NCBI GenBank assembly: GCA_965178125.1 | Contig: OZ237763.1 | Location: 806,001 to 870,000 of the forward strand | Direction: 5' to 3' | From: Bilabrum cf. latius | Taxonomy: Eukaryota | Length of the DNA: 64,000 nucleotides | In this document: one piece after another, positions 31,941 through 43,406 of the stretch | Numbering within the stretch: the first letter of the stretch is position 1 | Layout: every line of letters begins with the position of its first letter | The notes under the pieces: generated by a model | What the model was told of the DNA's origin: nothing | The model's database searches: none | The model's input: the letters and a program-made list of their open reading frames with translations, nothing else | Position numbers and translations under genes: made by a program

Positions 31941-34900
31941 TTACGTGCGGGCTCTCTTCTTGGCTCGCCCAGCGGCCTTGGCGCCCTTCTTCGACCTGGA
32001 GGCAGCCCGGGGCCGCTTGCTGCCGGGCTCAGCAGCCTCACCTTCTTCCTCCTCTTCCCCCTCCTCGTCCTGCTCCTCCTCCTCGTCATCCTCCTGATCC
32101 CCAGCCGCCTCAGAGGTGGCCTTGCCCTTCTTCCGTCCTCCACTCTTGCCAGCGGCCGCCTTGCCCTTGCCCTTCGCCTTGCCCTTCTCCTTGTTCTACG
32201 ATCCCTTGGGCCTCCCCTTGCGCTGCTTGGTGGGTTTGTACTCCTCCCCCCGCAACTCGCAGTTCTCCTTCTCTACCAACGCGATCAGCTGGTCACACCT
32301 CCGCCTAAGCTCCTGCGTGGTGCGGCTCTTGATGAACCAGTCGAACCGAAACATGGGCGCCCGGCGCACTTCCTGCTGCATGCGGTCCCACCGACCGTAC
32401 CCGAGGGCGTTCAGCATGCACAGCAAGAAGCGGTCTTCCTCCTCGTTGAAGCCCTTCGTGGGCTTGCCCGAGCCCCCGTATGGCACCTGCAGCTGCAGAA
32501 AGGGGTTCCCGTATCTGTGTACCTTCCAGGCCACCTCCCTCTCCACGTCGTCCCTCCTCTGGATCTTGCCCTCGCCCTTGGCGATCTTCACCTCAAGCTT
32601 CTTCCAGTCCTCCAGCTCCACGCAGCGACCCCCCATAAAGTCTCGCTTGGCCGGATCCCACTCGCCCCAGAACGCCGTGAAGTACCGCGCCACCTCACTG
32701 GGCTCCTTGCCGGTGGCCGTTGAAACCTCGGCGATGATGGCCCGACGCGCCCGCCTCCCGTGCCTCTCGCACGCGGACATGAAGGCACGGAAGTCGCGCC
32801 TGGTCCACGACCTGAAGCCCTCGGCCAGCAGCTTCTCCTTCTCTTCCTCCTCATCCTTCGGCAGCACCAGCTTCTCCAGCGCAGCGCGCAGACGGGCCGC
32901 TCCGACGCCCTTGGCCGCCCTCTCTGCCTTCCTGCCCTCTAAGTCAGCCTCGACCGAGTCGTTGATGTCCTCGTCGATGCGCTGCCGGCCCCTCCTCTTC
33001 TTGAGCAGCTTGGCCTCGAGGGTCTTGAGGTCGGACTCATCGCCCTCGCCCTCGTCCTCATCCTCATCACCGTCTGCGTCACCGTCCTCGTCACCGTCCT
33101 CCTCGTCCTCGTCTTCGTCTGCCGCAGCCTTCATCGGCTCGCTAGCACCGGCACCAGATGCAGCCGGCGCAGGTGCAGCAACACTGCTGCTCGAGGCAGC
33201 CGCGCCTGACGATGCTGCAGAGCTGGCGGTTGCCACATCGCTGTCAGCAGCGGCGCTCGAGGCCGACGCATCTCCCTGGCCCCCAGGCCCCTGCCTCTCC
33301 AGCTCTTCCGGGTCCATGGTCATGACCTCGAGGTCACCGTCTTGCAGCGCAGCGGTGTTTGCCGCCCGACCCATGATTACGATCTGGCCTGAAGAGGGTT
33401 CGATGCCCTGCGCCACCATCTTGGCGCGCACCTCGGCGAGCTTGGCCGCCCTCCGCTCGTTCATCTGGCGGTCCTTGCGCCTTCGAGCCCAACGGCGGTC
33501 CATCTTGTTCTCCTCCTGCTCCACCTCCTTGAGCTCTGCCTTGATCTCGCGGCGGGCCAGCAGCAGGTCGTTCTGCTTCTCCACGATCTCCATGATGCGC
33601 TTCCGGTTGAAGAACTGGAAATCCATCATCTGCGGGGGCTTGTACAGTCGAGGTTTCCCGCGGGGGGCAGTAGGCTTGCCGTCCGCTCCTGCTCCGCTTC
33701 CCCCGTGCATCACGTCAGAGTAGTACTGGTCAATATCGTAGTTGCGCTTCCGCTCGCGCTGGGGCAGGTTGATCAGCATGCCCACGTCCATGCCCGCTGC
33801 GGCCAGCCCGCGCTTGCCTCTGCCCCTGCCCGGCTTTGGCTTCTGGTCCGCAAAGTCCTACCCGCCCCAGATGTAGATGCTCATGTCGCCCTTGCTGTCA
33901 TCCATGGAGTAATTCTGCAGCGTGTGCTGCATGTCCCTCTAGATCTTTGCCTTGTCCTCCGAGGTGCGCTCCTCCCCCTTGCGCAGGATCGCGTCGATGT
34001 CCTCGTCCGTGATGCCGTCAGAGCCACCCGACCGGAAGATCTCGTCCGCGCCGAATCGCACCATGTTGGCCAGCTCCCCGCGGGACAGACCCTTCTCCTT
34101 CTGCGCGAGGCGGCCCTGCTGGATGACCAGTGCGTCCAGGTACAGCTTGCGCTCGGCTCGCTCCACAATCTTCTCCTCCACCGTCTGCTCCGTCACCAGC
34201 CGGAACACCCTCACCACGTTCTTCTGCCCGATTCTGTGCGCCCTGTCCATGGCTTGCAGGTCCATCTGAGGGTTCCAGTCGCTGTCGTAGATGATGACGG
34301 TGTCGGCCGAGGCGAGGTTGATCCCTAGTCCGCCGGCCCTCGTGGACAGCAGGAAGATGAACTTGTCGCTGTCTGGAGCGTTGAACCCCTCAATCATTTT
34401 GTCGCGGTCAAGGCCGTGGGTGTTGCCGTCGATCCGGCAGTAGTTGTAGCCCACGTGCCTGCAGTAGTCCTCGAAAATGTCCAGCATCCTGGTCATCTGC
34501 GAGAAGAGCAGCACCCTGTGCTTGCCAGCCTTGAGCTTGACCAGGAGGCGGTGCAGAAGGTTCATCTTGCCGCTGTTCTCCCACAGGTGGGGGCCTTCCT
34601 CGAAGGGAGGCCCCGGCTCGGCGCCGTCGAAGAGGTACGGGTGGTTGCAGCACTTCCTCAGCTGCATGAGGATGTTGAGCAGCCGCACCTTGTCGGCACC
34701 GCCCACCTGGTTCAGCGAGGCAGCGTCCTTGGACAGCAGCTTGCGGTACCACTCGTTCTGCATCTTGGTGAGGCCCACGAACAGCTTGGTTTCGATCTTG
34801 GGCGGCAGCTCTTTGGCCACGTCCTTCTTGACCCTCCTGAGCATGAAAGGCTTGAGAATCGCGTGCAGCTTGCCCACGGCGTTCTTCTCGACGGCCTGCT

Positions 34901-36179
34901 TGCTGCCGTCCCCGCCCGCAAACCAGTGGTCGAAGTCCTCCGCGCTGGAGAACACGTCAGGCAGCAGGAAGTTTAGCAGGGCCCAGAGCTCGTGCAAGTT
35001 GTTCTGCAAGGGTGTGCCCGTGAGCAGCAGCCGGTGCCCGCTATCTAGCTGCCTGACCTCCCTGGACAGGGCCGAGTTCTCGTTCTTGATGCGGTGAGCC
35101 TCGTCGATCACAATGTACTGCCAGGAAAACTTCCGCAGGGCCGCCCTCTCGATGATGACCACCTCATATGACGTCACCACCACGTCATACTGCAACGACA
35201 TGAGCTCTTCCTTGACCAGTCGCTACCGCTCCTCCTTGGGCCCCTGCAGGCGCAGCACCTTGAAGGAGGGGCACCAGCGGTTGAACTCCTTGACCCAGTT
35301 GCCCAACGTGGACTTCGGTACGATCACCAGATGAGGGCCCGAAATGGCCCGAGCCTCCTTTAGGTAGGCCAGCAGGCTGATGCTCTGCATGGTCTTGCCC
35401 AGCCCCATCTCGTCTGCCAAGATCCCGCTGATGTTGCAGTCGTGCAGGTTGACCAGCCAGTTGAGCCCCTCAAGCTGGTAGTCGCGCATGGACCCGCCCA
35501 CAAGGTTGTTCGGCTGCTTCTCAATGCGAACCGACTACCTCCCTCCCCCTAGACTCTCCGCCAGCAGCTCCTCGTCCTCCTCCGCTTCCGTCATGCGGTG
35601 CTTCCGGCCCCCAGAAGCGGCCCCTCCCGCGGCTGCATGCGCCTCCGCCTGCGCCGCCAGCTTTGCCTTCCCGCTCATGCCTTTGGGCTTGCGGCCCCGC
35701 TTCTTCTTGCCTGTTCCAGCCTGTGCCCCCGCGCCCCCCGCGCCCCCGAGCCCTGAGCTCCCGGTGACGAAATGCGAGAAGACCTCCACCTGCTGCGTGA
35801 GGAAGTCCAGCCGGGCCGCGTTCTTGGCCTCACGGTCCTCATCTATGGCGGCCTACTGCTGCTCTTTCACAGCCACCAGCCGCTGCTTCTGAGCCTCGCG
35901 AAGCTGCTTCTGGCGTTCCATCTCTTCCTTCACCAGCCGCCTCCGCTCCTCTGCCCGGGCGCGGCGCGGGGACGTAGCCCCGGCCTACCCCGACGATGCA
36001 GACGAGGAGGAAGAAGATGACGACGCGGCCTCACCGTCGTTGTCGTCATCAGCAACGTCAAGCTTGACACCAAACTTTGGAGCATCTGCCAATTCGTCAG
36101 CAGCACTCGAATCGTCTCCTGCTGCGGCCTCGGCAATCAATGCCATCTCGTCATCGTCTGCGGTGGCGAAGCGAGGCAT
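31941..36179 (-). CDS. ISWI: ISWI/SNF2-family chromatin remodelling ATPase (helicase, HAND-SANT-SLIDE), ~1,410 aa
   Basis: [59 protein letters not shown] and [26 protein letters not shown]. TAGs at 35985, 35853, 35535, 35223, 33939, 33858 and 32196; ends TAA 31941. Confidence 0.95.
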
Positions 36180-36711
36180 GGCGTGCTGATTCGGTCTTAC
36201 ATCCACGAAGTGCTCTACATTTGAGAATGACTCGTTAAACGCAAAGAAAACTCACCAATGACAGGGCTGGAGCGTGGCGCCGAACTGGACGACTCGTCCT
36301 GGGCTCCACCAGACGCTTCAGCAGGCGCTGACATACGTAGACTGCGTGATAGTGATCATGGCACTACTATACGGCGGAAAAAATGGCGATAGTCCGTAGG
36401 CTTGCTGCAAAGTGACTGCACGCCGTGCAGTTGCCGATATTCGAAATCATTACGCGGAATTATCTCGTACACAGAGCCCCTTTGGGAGGCTGGAATTCTA
36501 CAAATGAATTGATGGGATACAAATGTATGCGCTCATTCGACTGCAACCTCGTGGTGCTCACCCTGCTTTTAGCTGTGCTTTCAAAGGTAAACAACCCGTC
36601 CGTCCAAAATCAGATTTTGTGCGGAAGTGTAAGGTGTACTTACATTAAAAAAATTCGAGCGTGGTATAAACAGTGCTTCATTGGACTGAATCTAGGGTGC
36701 CTTGCCTCGAC

Positions 36712-39700
36712 ATGGATCCGAATCAGTTTGGGGCTCAGACACTGGTTATCATGGAGAGTACGAGCCCAGATCGTCCCTCTACCCGCAGATCCACAAGGCG
36801 TCGCTCAAAGGGCGATTCAAAAGAGGAGGTTGATTTGGGGTTGAGCGCTTCAGACACGGCAGAATCCGCACACGTTGGTGCAAATCATGTGTATATACCA
36901 GGTGTCAGGCCTGTCCGGTACCGTCCCCCCAGAAAAAGGCCACGGAATCGGTGGCTCATTCTGAGCGATGCTCGTTCCTATTTTGCCGATGAGCTTGCAC
37001 GCCACGGAAGCCTGGTTCAAGCAAGCGGTTTCAGTTCTACCACTCGATTACTTGATGATGACATTCGGAGGTTAAAGCTCCGATTTCCACGTGAGCATTG
37101 CCATTCTTGGGGGAATTTTAACCCGAGCAGTTGCTGCAGGTGCTTCAGTCCACCAAAGAGTCGCGTTTCTTTGTATCGCTGCCCTTGTCCGCAGATAAGA
37201 CGAGTTACTAGTTAGAGCGTGCACTTCTCGCGAGCATGCCGCAAGATGCTCACTCTGAGGCAGCACCAGATCTTGAGAGTGCCGCAGCGTTGCTGGCTGC
37301 GAAGGATTCGGATCGAAAGTCAAACTTGAGGGCTCGCAAGCTGGGGGGCGTCAAATCTAATACTGCATTGCTTGAGCCACGGCCAGAAACGAGAGCTGGT
37401 GGCTCCAGAGCTGGCTCTCGGCAGTCCTTGGCTGCGCCGAGGCTGCGCACTCCTCGCATGGACTATAAGCTGGCAGGCAGCAGTCATAGTGCTGCTTCCG
37501 AAGGGGAAAGCATACAAAAGCACCCGAGCGGTGTGCCGGCCATAGAAGGCCTCCGGGTTCTCCTGCAGCCGGAGATTGTCTCGTCTGGTAGCACAGCTGC
37601 CACTTCGGACCCGACTGCCACCGCCACCGCCACCGCTGCCAGGGCACGGACTGCCTCGCTGTCCGCAGGCAGCACAGCGGGCGAGTCTACTGCGAGAACG
37701 CACTCGCGCGCTGAATCATCTGTGCATGCCCGTGGGGGGCAGCGAGGCAGGGGGGCCAGCAGCAGCATCCAGTCACCGTCCCCTGCTCTGTCATTCGTGT
37801 CCCTGGGTGGCGCGGCGGGCAGCGTGCTGGCTGCGGAGTCCGGGCAAGCTACTAGCGGAGGCAGGTCGTCCGTGTGGAACGGACGCAGGCTGCGGTCCAA
37901 GGCACGGCTGGTGCCGGCTCCCATGGAGCTGCCGCCTGCCACCTCCTCCCCGTCTTCCTCTTCCTCGTCTTCCTCCCCGTCTTCCTCTTCCTCTTCCTCC
38001 TCGTCTTCCTCCTCGTCTTCCTCAGGACCTCGCGACAGTCGCACCATTGAGGAGCTTGCCCTCGGCGGGAGGAGGCCGAGAGCATTTAGGAGAGTCTAGA
38101 GAGGTCAGGCCACAAAGGCATCAAGCAAGCTTTCGCAGTCGATTCAGCCCAACGCGCCCTCGGCAGCGGAAGGTGCTTCAGATTAGGCGTGGGTGCCGCT
38201 GGCACAGGCAGTCGGCTAGACGCTACGGCTGCGACCGCGCGGACCTTGTGTGCCGTCAGGCATTCAAAAGAGGGCCAGGAAGAAGCGAAGAACGAATTGA
38301 TGGGGTTGTATGTTTGTATGGTTGTCTACTGCGCGGGTCATTCATTTCCTGGGCCCTGCTTGCCGAGTGCTTGTGCTTGCACCTAAGCACTCGCAACATT
38401 TAGAAAATACATTCTTCCGTTGGCGCCAATCCATCGCTTCACTGCCCCCTGTAAAGTAGTCATGGCGTCCAAAATGGACGAAAGAGGCTTAACTCTATCA
38501 TAGGTAGCCGAGTTCGAAGAGGGTATCGTGCAGAGAGTGTCAAAGTCAAGGCAGAGCGGTATCAAGGGGATAGCGTTCACGGATCCAACGTTCCCTGCAG
38601 ACTCGTCTGCATTGCCTCCATCCGTGAGATATGGATCGAAATGTATGTGTATATCCGTACTTCTCCAATCCGATTCGCTTGGGCTGTCTAGCTCGTTTGT
38701 ATCCTTCGCAGGCAAACGCAGAGCTCCTCCGAGGGTATGAGGTCAACTGGGCCCGCCCGTAGGAAAACTTCCCGTCCACAGAGTCAATACTTGTGCATGG
38801 AGATGCCGCTTTGTCTGAGTTTGTGCAGGGTGACTCTCCTGATGGTGGATTTCTCTCTGCAGCAGCTGCGCTGGCGACCCAAATGCCCGGAGCACCACTG
38901 CTGAATGGGGTCCCGAATGCAGCTGAGGCCCTCATCATGACGCCCGATGAGGATGTTTTGGATACAGGGGTGCTATCTGCGAGGTTTTGGCGGGATGGCC
39001 GCTGGTAGGGGTCGGTCGTGGACACGCGGATCCCTTTGGCTGACCTGAAAGCCGTTCGCGAGGCGGCCCCAGCGGATCCCATGCCTGACGCCAACCCGGA
39101 ACACGGAGAGCTCGCGACACCCGCATGCGACGCTGTTTCATTGGGAGGGGCCCGTGGCACCCCATATGCGCCTGCTCTTCTCCGCAGCCGAGACGCCGGC
39201 GAGCCCTGGGTCCCTCTGCTGCACAAGGCCTACGCCGCTCTGTGGGCAGCCCCCCAGCCGCCTATGGCCCCTTCGACCAGCGCGTAGCAGGAGTTTCCTC
39301 CCACAGAGGGTGGCGCTGGCTCTCGCGGCACCTCTAGAGACAGGGCTGCCTCCCGCCGCAGGGCACGCGTGCGCGCCGGCCAGCAGATCACGCAGCAGCT
39401 GAGGGCGCTGGTGCATGCGGGGTACAGGGCGCTGCACTGCAGTGCACCCGGAGCCCCCGCGCTGGGCCCTCCTTGGCCGCCCTTGTCTTGGAGTTCTCCT
39501 AGTGCCAGCGACGTGCTGGCTGATCTGACCGGCTGCGTGGCCGAGACTTGGCTGCTGCGTGGCCCGCACCCGCTGCGCCTGCTCCGGCTTGAGCTGGACG
39601 CGCAGAAGGCCGCAGAGAAGGCAGAGAGCGCGGCTGCAAGCGGCGGGGCGGGCGGGGATGGAGGTCTCGTGGACACGGGTGCAGAGAGCGGCGCGGGCGT

Positions 39701-42700
39701 GGGGGCCATGAGGGTCACTGGGACACCCGTGTGGGCCGCGTGGTCGGCCCAGCGAGCCACCTCTCTTTGGGGCCTGCTACAGGCGGGGCTGGCTGCAGGT
39801 GACCGCATCATGGCTGTCCCAGGGGGTCCCACTGGGGCACCAGACGGAGCATGGGGCGTGGACGAGGGTGGGCTCGGGGCCGTGGAGCAGCCCGGGGTGG
39901 CGGGGGCACTCCCACAGTCCCCGAGCGCCGCCTCCTTGGCTCTCTCCCAGGGCCCAGTATCCCCCGCAAGGGGGTTCTCAGGGTAGCAAGGGGGGGATGG
40001 TGCCGGGCCCAGGCGGGTCCCGTCCAGCCCGGCGATGCGGCTGGCGCTGGGAGGCGCGGGAGGGTTGGACGGTGGTGGCCAGGCAACCGGCACTCCTGCG
40101 TCTGTTAGTGGGTCGGGGGGAGACGGAGCGAGCCACTCGGGCTCGAGGTCGCAGGCACGCTCCGGCACGTCGGGTGCTGGCCGGTCGGAGGCGAAGCAGC
40201 TGCCCCCGTCGGGCGCAGGGCCGCTGGGCATGGAGCTGGAGGGCGGGCTGAGGGTGGACGCAGAGAGTGGGCTGCTGCGGCGGCACGGGTACCCTATCGT
40301 GTATGCTCGGGAGGTGCGTCGTGGAGTGCGGCTCGTGAAGGTGAGGGACCCTTGGCCCCTGCAGAGCGAGGTGGCGGGTGCCGGTTGGGGCGGGGACTGG
40401 AGCGACGAGAGCGAGACATGGGCAGAGCAGCCCGAGGTGGAGTCGGCGCTGCGCAAGGACCCGGACGCTGAGTTTGAGAGGGGCCAGCGCGGCTTTTTCT
40501 GGATGGCCTGGGAAGATGCCTGCAGGGTGTTTGCCCGGCTGGAGCTGGTGAGGAACCCGAGGAGGGGGCCGTCGTCCGGCGGGAGGGGCAAGGGCGGGGC
40601 AGGATCCGCGGCAGGAGAGGGCAAGGAGGCCGGGGGAAGCTCCTCGAGCAAGTCGGCTCGGGGCCCAGTCGAGCTGACGGGGCAGTTCTCGCGACAGGCT
40701 GGGGCGGGCAGGGCCCATCGGTCCGTCCCCGGCAGCGAAGCAGACGCCTCTCTCTTCCGTTCCCCTGGAGGGTCGCTGGGCGGGGTGGTGTGGCGTGGGG
40801 CAGCAGCAGCAGGTGCGAGGCCGGACAAGATTGCTGAGAAGCCAGCGACAGCGCTAAACAAGAGTAGGACAGCGGGCAAAAAGAAGTCGAAGAACGGAGC
40901 CATGGGCAAGGCCTCCTCACTGGATCGGCCACCGAAGCGGGGCAAGCAGAAGCCGGTGCTGGAAGTTGCGGGAATCAGCACTGGAGCAAGCCCAGTCCCG
41001 GAGCAGTGGATGCACCTGGATGGAGACAGTCGCTTCTTCCTGCATCCCCAGTACAGGCTCGTGTCTCCCCCTCCGCCCCCGCCGGGTGTAGCGCCTCCGC
41101 CAAGTCGAGCGGTGACTCTGACGCTGTCACAGGAGGACGTACGGGCGAGAGCTGCGCGGGTCTCGGCTGCTGTCAGGGCCATTGACTCGCAGCAGGCATT
41201 CCCCGGCACCCAGCCAGGATCCTCGCAGGATGTGGTGAACGCCTGGAAGGACGAGCGCTGGCGCCGGTACCTGCACGCTGGCATCACGGTGGTGCGCAGG
41301 CCCAGAGGGGCCCGGTCGCTTGCCTTCGAGTGCGGGGATCAAGAAGTGATTTGCTGCAGCGAGGACGCCCCGTTTGCCCTCGGACGAATGGCGGATGGCT
41401 CTGAGAACCCGCAGGCGATGCAGGAGCTGGGCCTCGGTGCCCCCAGGAGCGTGGTGCTGCCGCACCTCCACGTAGACTCCAAGTCCTCGTACATTCTGGT
41501 CGTCCGACCAAACGAGACGCTCCCGCAGGTGCCTCAGCCACGGCTGGCCAGCGCCGCATCAGATGCGAAAGAGCCCGACGAGGCCCTCTGGTGGTGTCCA
41601 CCGGAGACGCCCGGGTTCTCGTTGCGCGCGGACGAGGAGCTAGACCCCACGGTGCAGCACGTCGGGTCCAGCTCTGCAGCCGCCAACGCGACCATGAACG
41701 GCCCGGATGCAATCAATGCGCTAGCCCAGACGCTTGCGAAACAGAAAGGTGCTGGACGGGGCGACCCTGCGGCAGACGGCAGCAGGATGCCGTTGAGGAT
41801 CGCGCGGCTGCCAGACCCGCGGGAGACTCAGGTCAGGGGAAGGTGGCAGGTGTCCACCCAGACTGCTTCGGGGGCTCCAGTGCTGCCCAATGGCCGTGCC
41901 AATCCCAATTGGTGGATGGGCCCGCAGTGGGTTGTCCACTTTGAGTCGCAGCTACCGCAAATTGCGACCGCGACGGGTGGCAAGGCAGTCGAGAGCAAGA
42001 CTCAAGAGGACCTAGGGGGCACCTTTGGGCTGGCTCAGGCCACCCCTAGGGGCGGCCGAGACACGATGAAGACCGGGAATGCGATGACCATGACCGGCGG
42101 GCTAGGGGGAGACCCCGCCCTGCGAACCCCCGAAGCTCTGGCGGCCCGGCCGGGCTCCCGCACCACCCTCAAGCTGGTGCTGCGCCGTACAGACAGGGGC
42201 GTTGGCAAGGACGATCTCCCGGACGGGACTCAAAACCGAATTGGTATCGTGCTCACCCGCGCTGAGGCCGTGAGCGCCGAGACAGACGCGCTCAAGCTGA
42301 GGCAGGCCAGGCGCACCATGCAGAGGGGCGGGGGCGGACTGCCCCTTGCTGACACCGCGGCGGCAGAGGTGCTGGTACGGCGGGCGGCGGGAGGGGGCGC
42401 TGCCGAAGAGGTAGGCGGCACTGTTGTGGAGTCGAGTAGCCCTTGCGTGTACACCCGGCGGTGGGGATTGCCCTCGGATGCGTGGGTGTGGTCGACCTCA
42501 TTCCATAGCGCCTCGGAGGCGGTTGCCACGGTGAAGGTCCCGAGCGCTTGGCTCGACCCAGGCAAGGGCGGGGGAGTCTGTGTGCACCCGCTCATGCGAC
42601 TGGCCGGTACAGAGGGGAGTTACAGTCTCAAGATCTACACGGCGCATGATGCGCCTGGCATGTCAGTTGTGCCCGTGCAGGAAGCGGCTGAGCCCAGCAG

Positions 42701-43286
42701 GAAGCAGAGGCACGTGTCGGCGTGGATGGGCGGCATGGAGCCGACTGCGGGTGGCAGCCATCTGCACGGTACCTGGACGCACAACCCGGGCTTCCGACTG
42801 GTTCCAGGCCCGCGTGTGCAGGCAGAGCTGGATCGCATTGCGAAGGAGGGCCAGAACGGCACGGGTGCAGCGCTCGGCGGCATGGACGAGGAGTAGCACC
42901 CGATTGTGCGATACAGCCTAGTGATGAGGCGGCCACGCGAAGCCTGGCGACGAGCTGTGACCAAGGATGAAGCGGCCTGCATGCACGGGGCGTACGTGGT
43001 TACGGTCGACTCGGGCCGGGACTCGAGGGAGTGCGACGGCACGGATGGACTGCTGCACAAGGCCAGCTTCATGCCCGCACAGGAAAGCGAAGCCACCGTG
43101 GCAGTGCCCTGGGGCTCCGTGGCCAGGGCCGAGAAGGACCTCTGCGTGCTGTGCGCCACCTTTGATCCGGGGCAGGTGGGGCCCTTCTCCATCGAGGTGG
43201 TCAGCGACGAAGACCCAGAAGCCAGGCTCGAGCCGTATCCCTCGGCAGTGTTGCCTTCCAAGGACGACGAAGAGGCTGGGTCATGA
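36712..43286 (+). CDS. Large calpain-like pseudo-protease (degenerate CysPc domain plus domain-III/C2-like repeats)
   Basis: FTDPTFPADSSAL, WARP*E, QGDSPDGGFLSAAAALA, PWVPLLHKAYAAL, LADLTG, RHGYPIV..LVKVRDPW, WGGDWSDES and GFFWMAWED. Predicted introns 37091-37194, 38308-38403 and 38624-38711; apparent 1-nt frameshift near 38063; eight TAGs; ends TGA. The 5' part is less certain. Confidence 0.7.
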
Positions 43287-43406
43287 TTTCAGTGTCTTGT
43301 GTTTTGACTGTAAAGAATGCGCATGCTATTGATGGTCGGTTTAGAAAATCCAGGTACAAGGTTGCTGTTCAGGCGCCATTGCGTTGGACAAGGTGATCAG
43401 ATCAGG

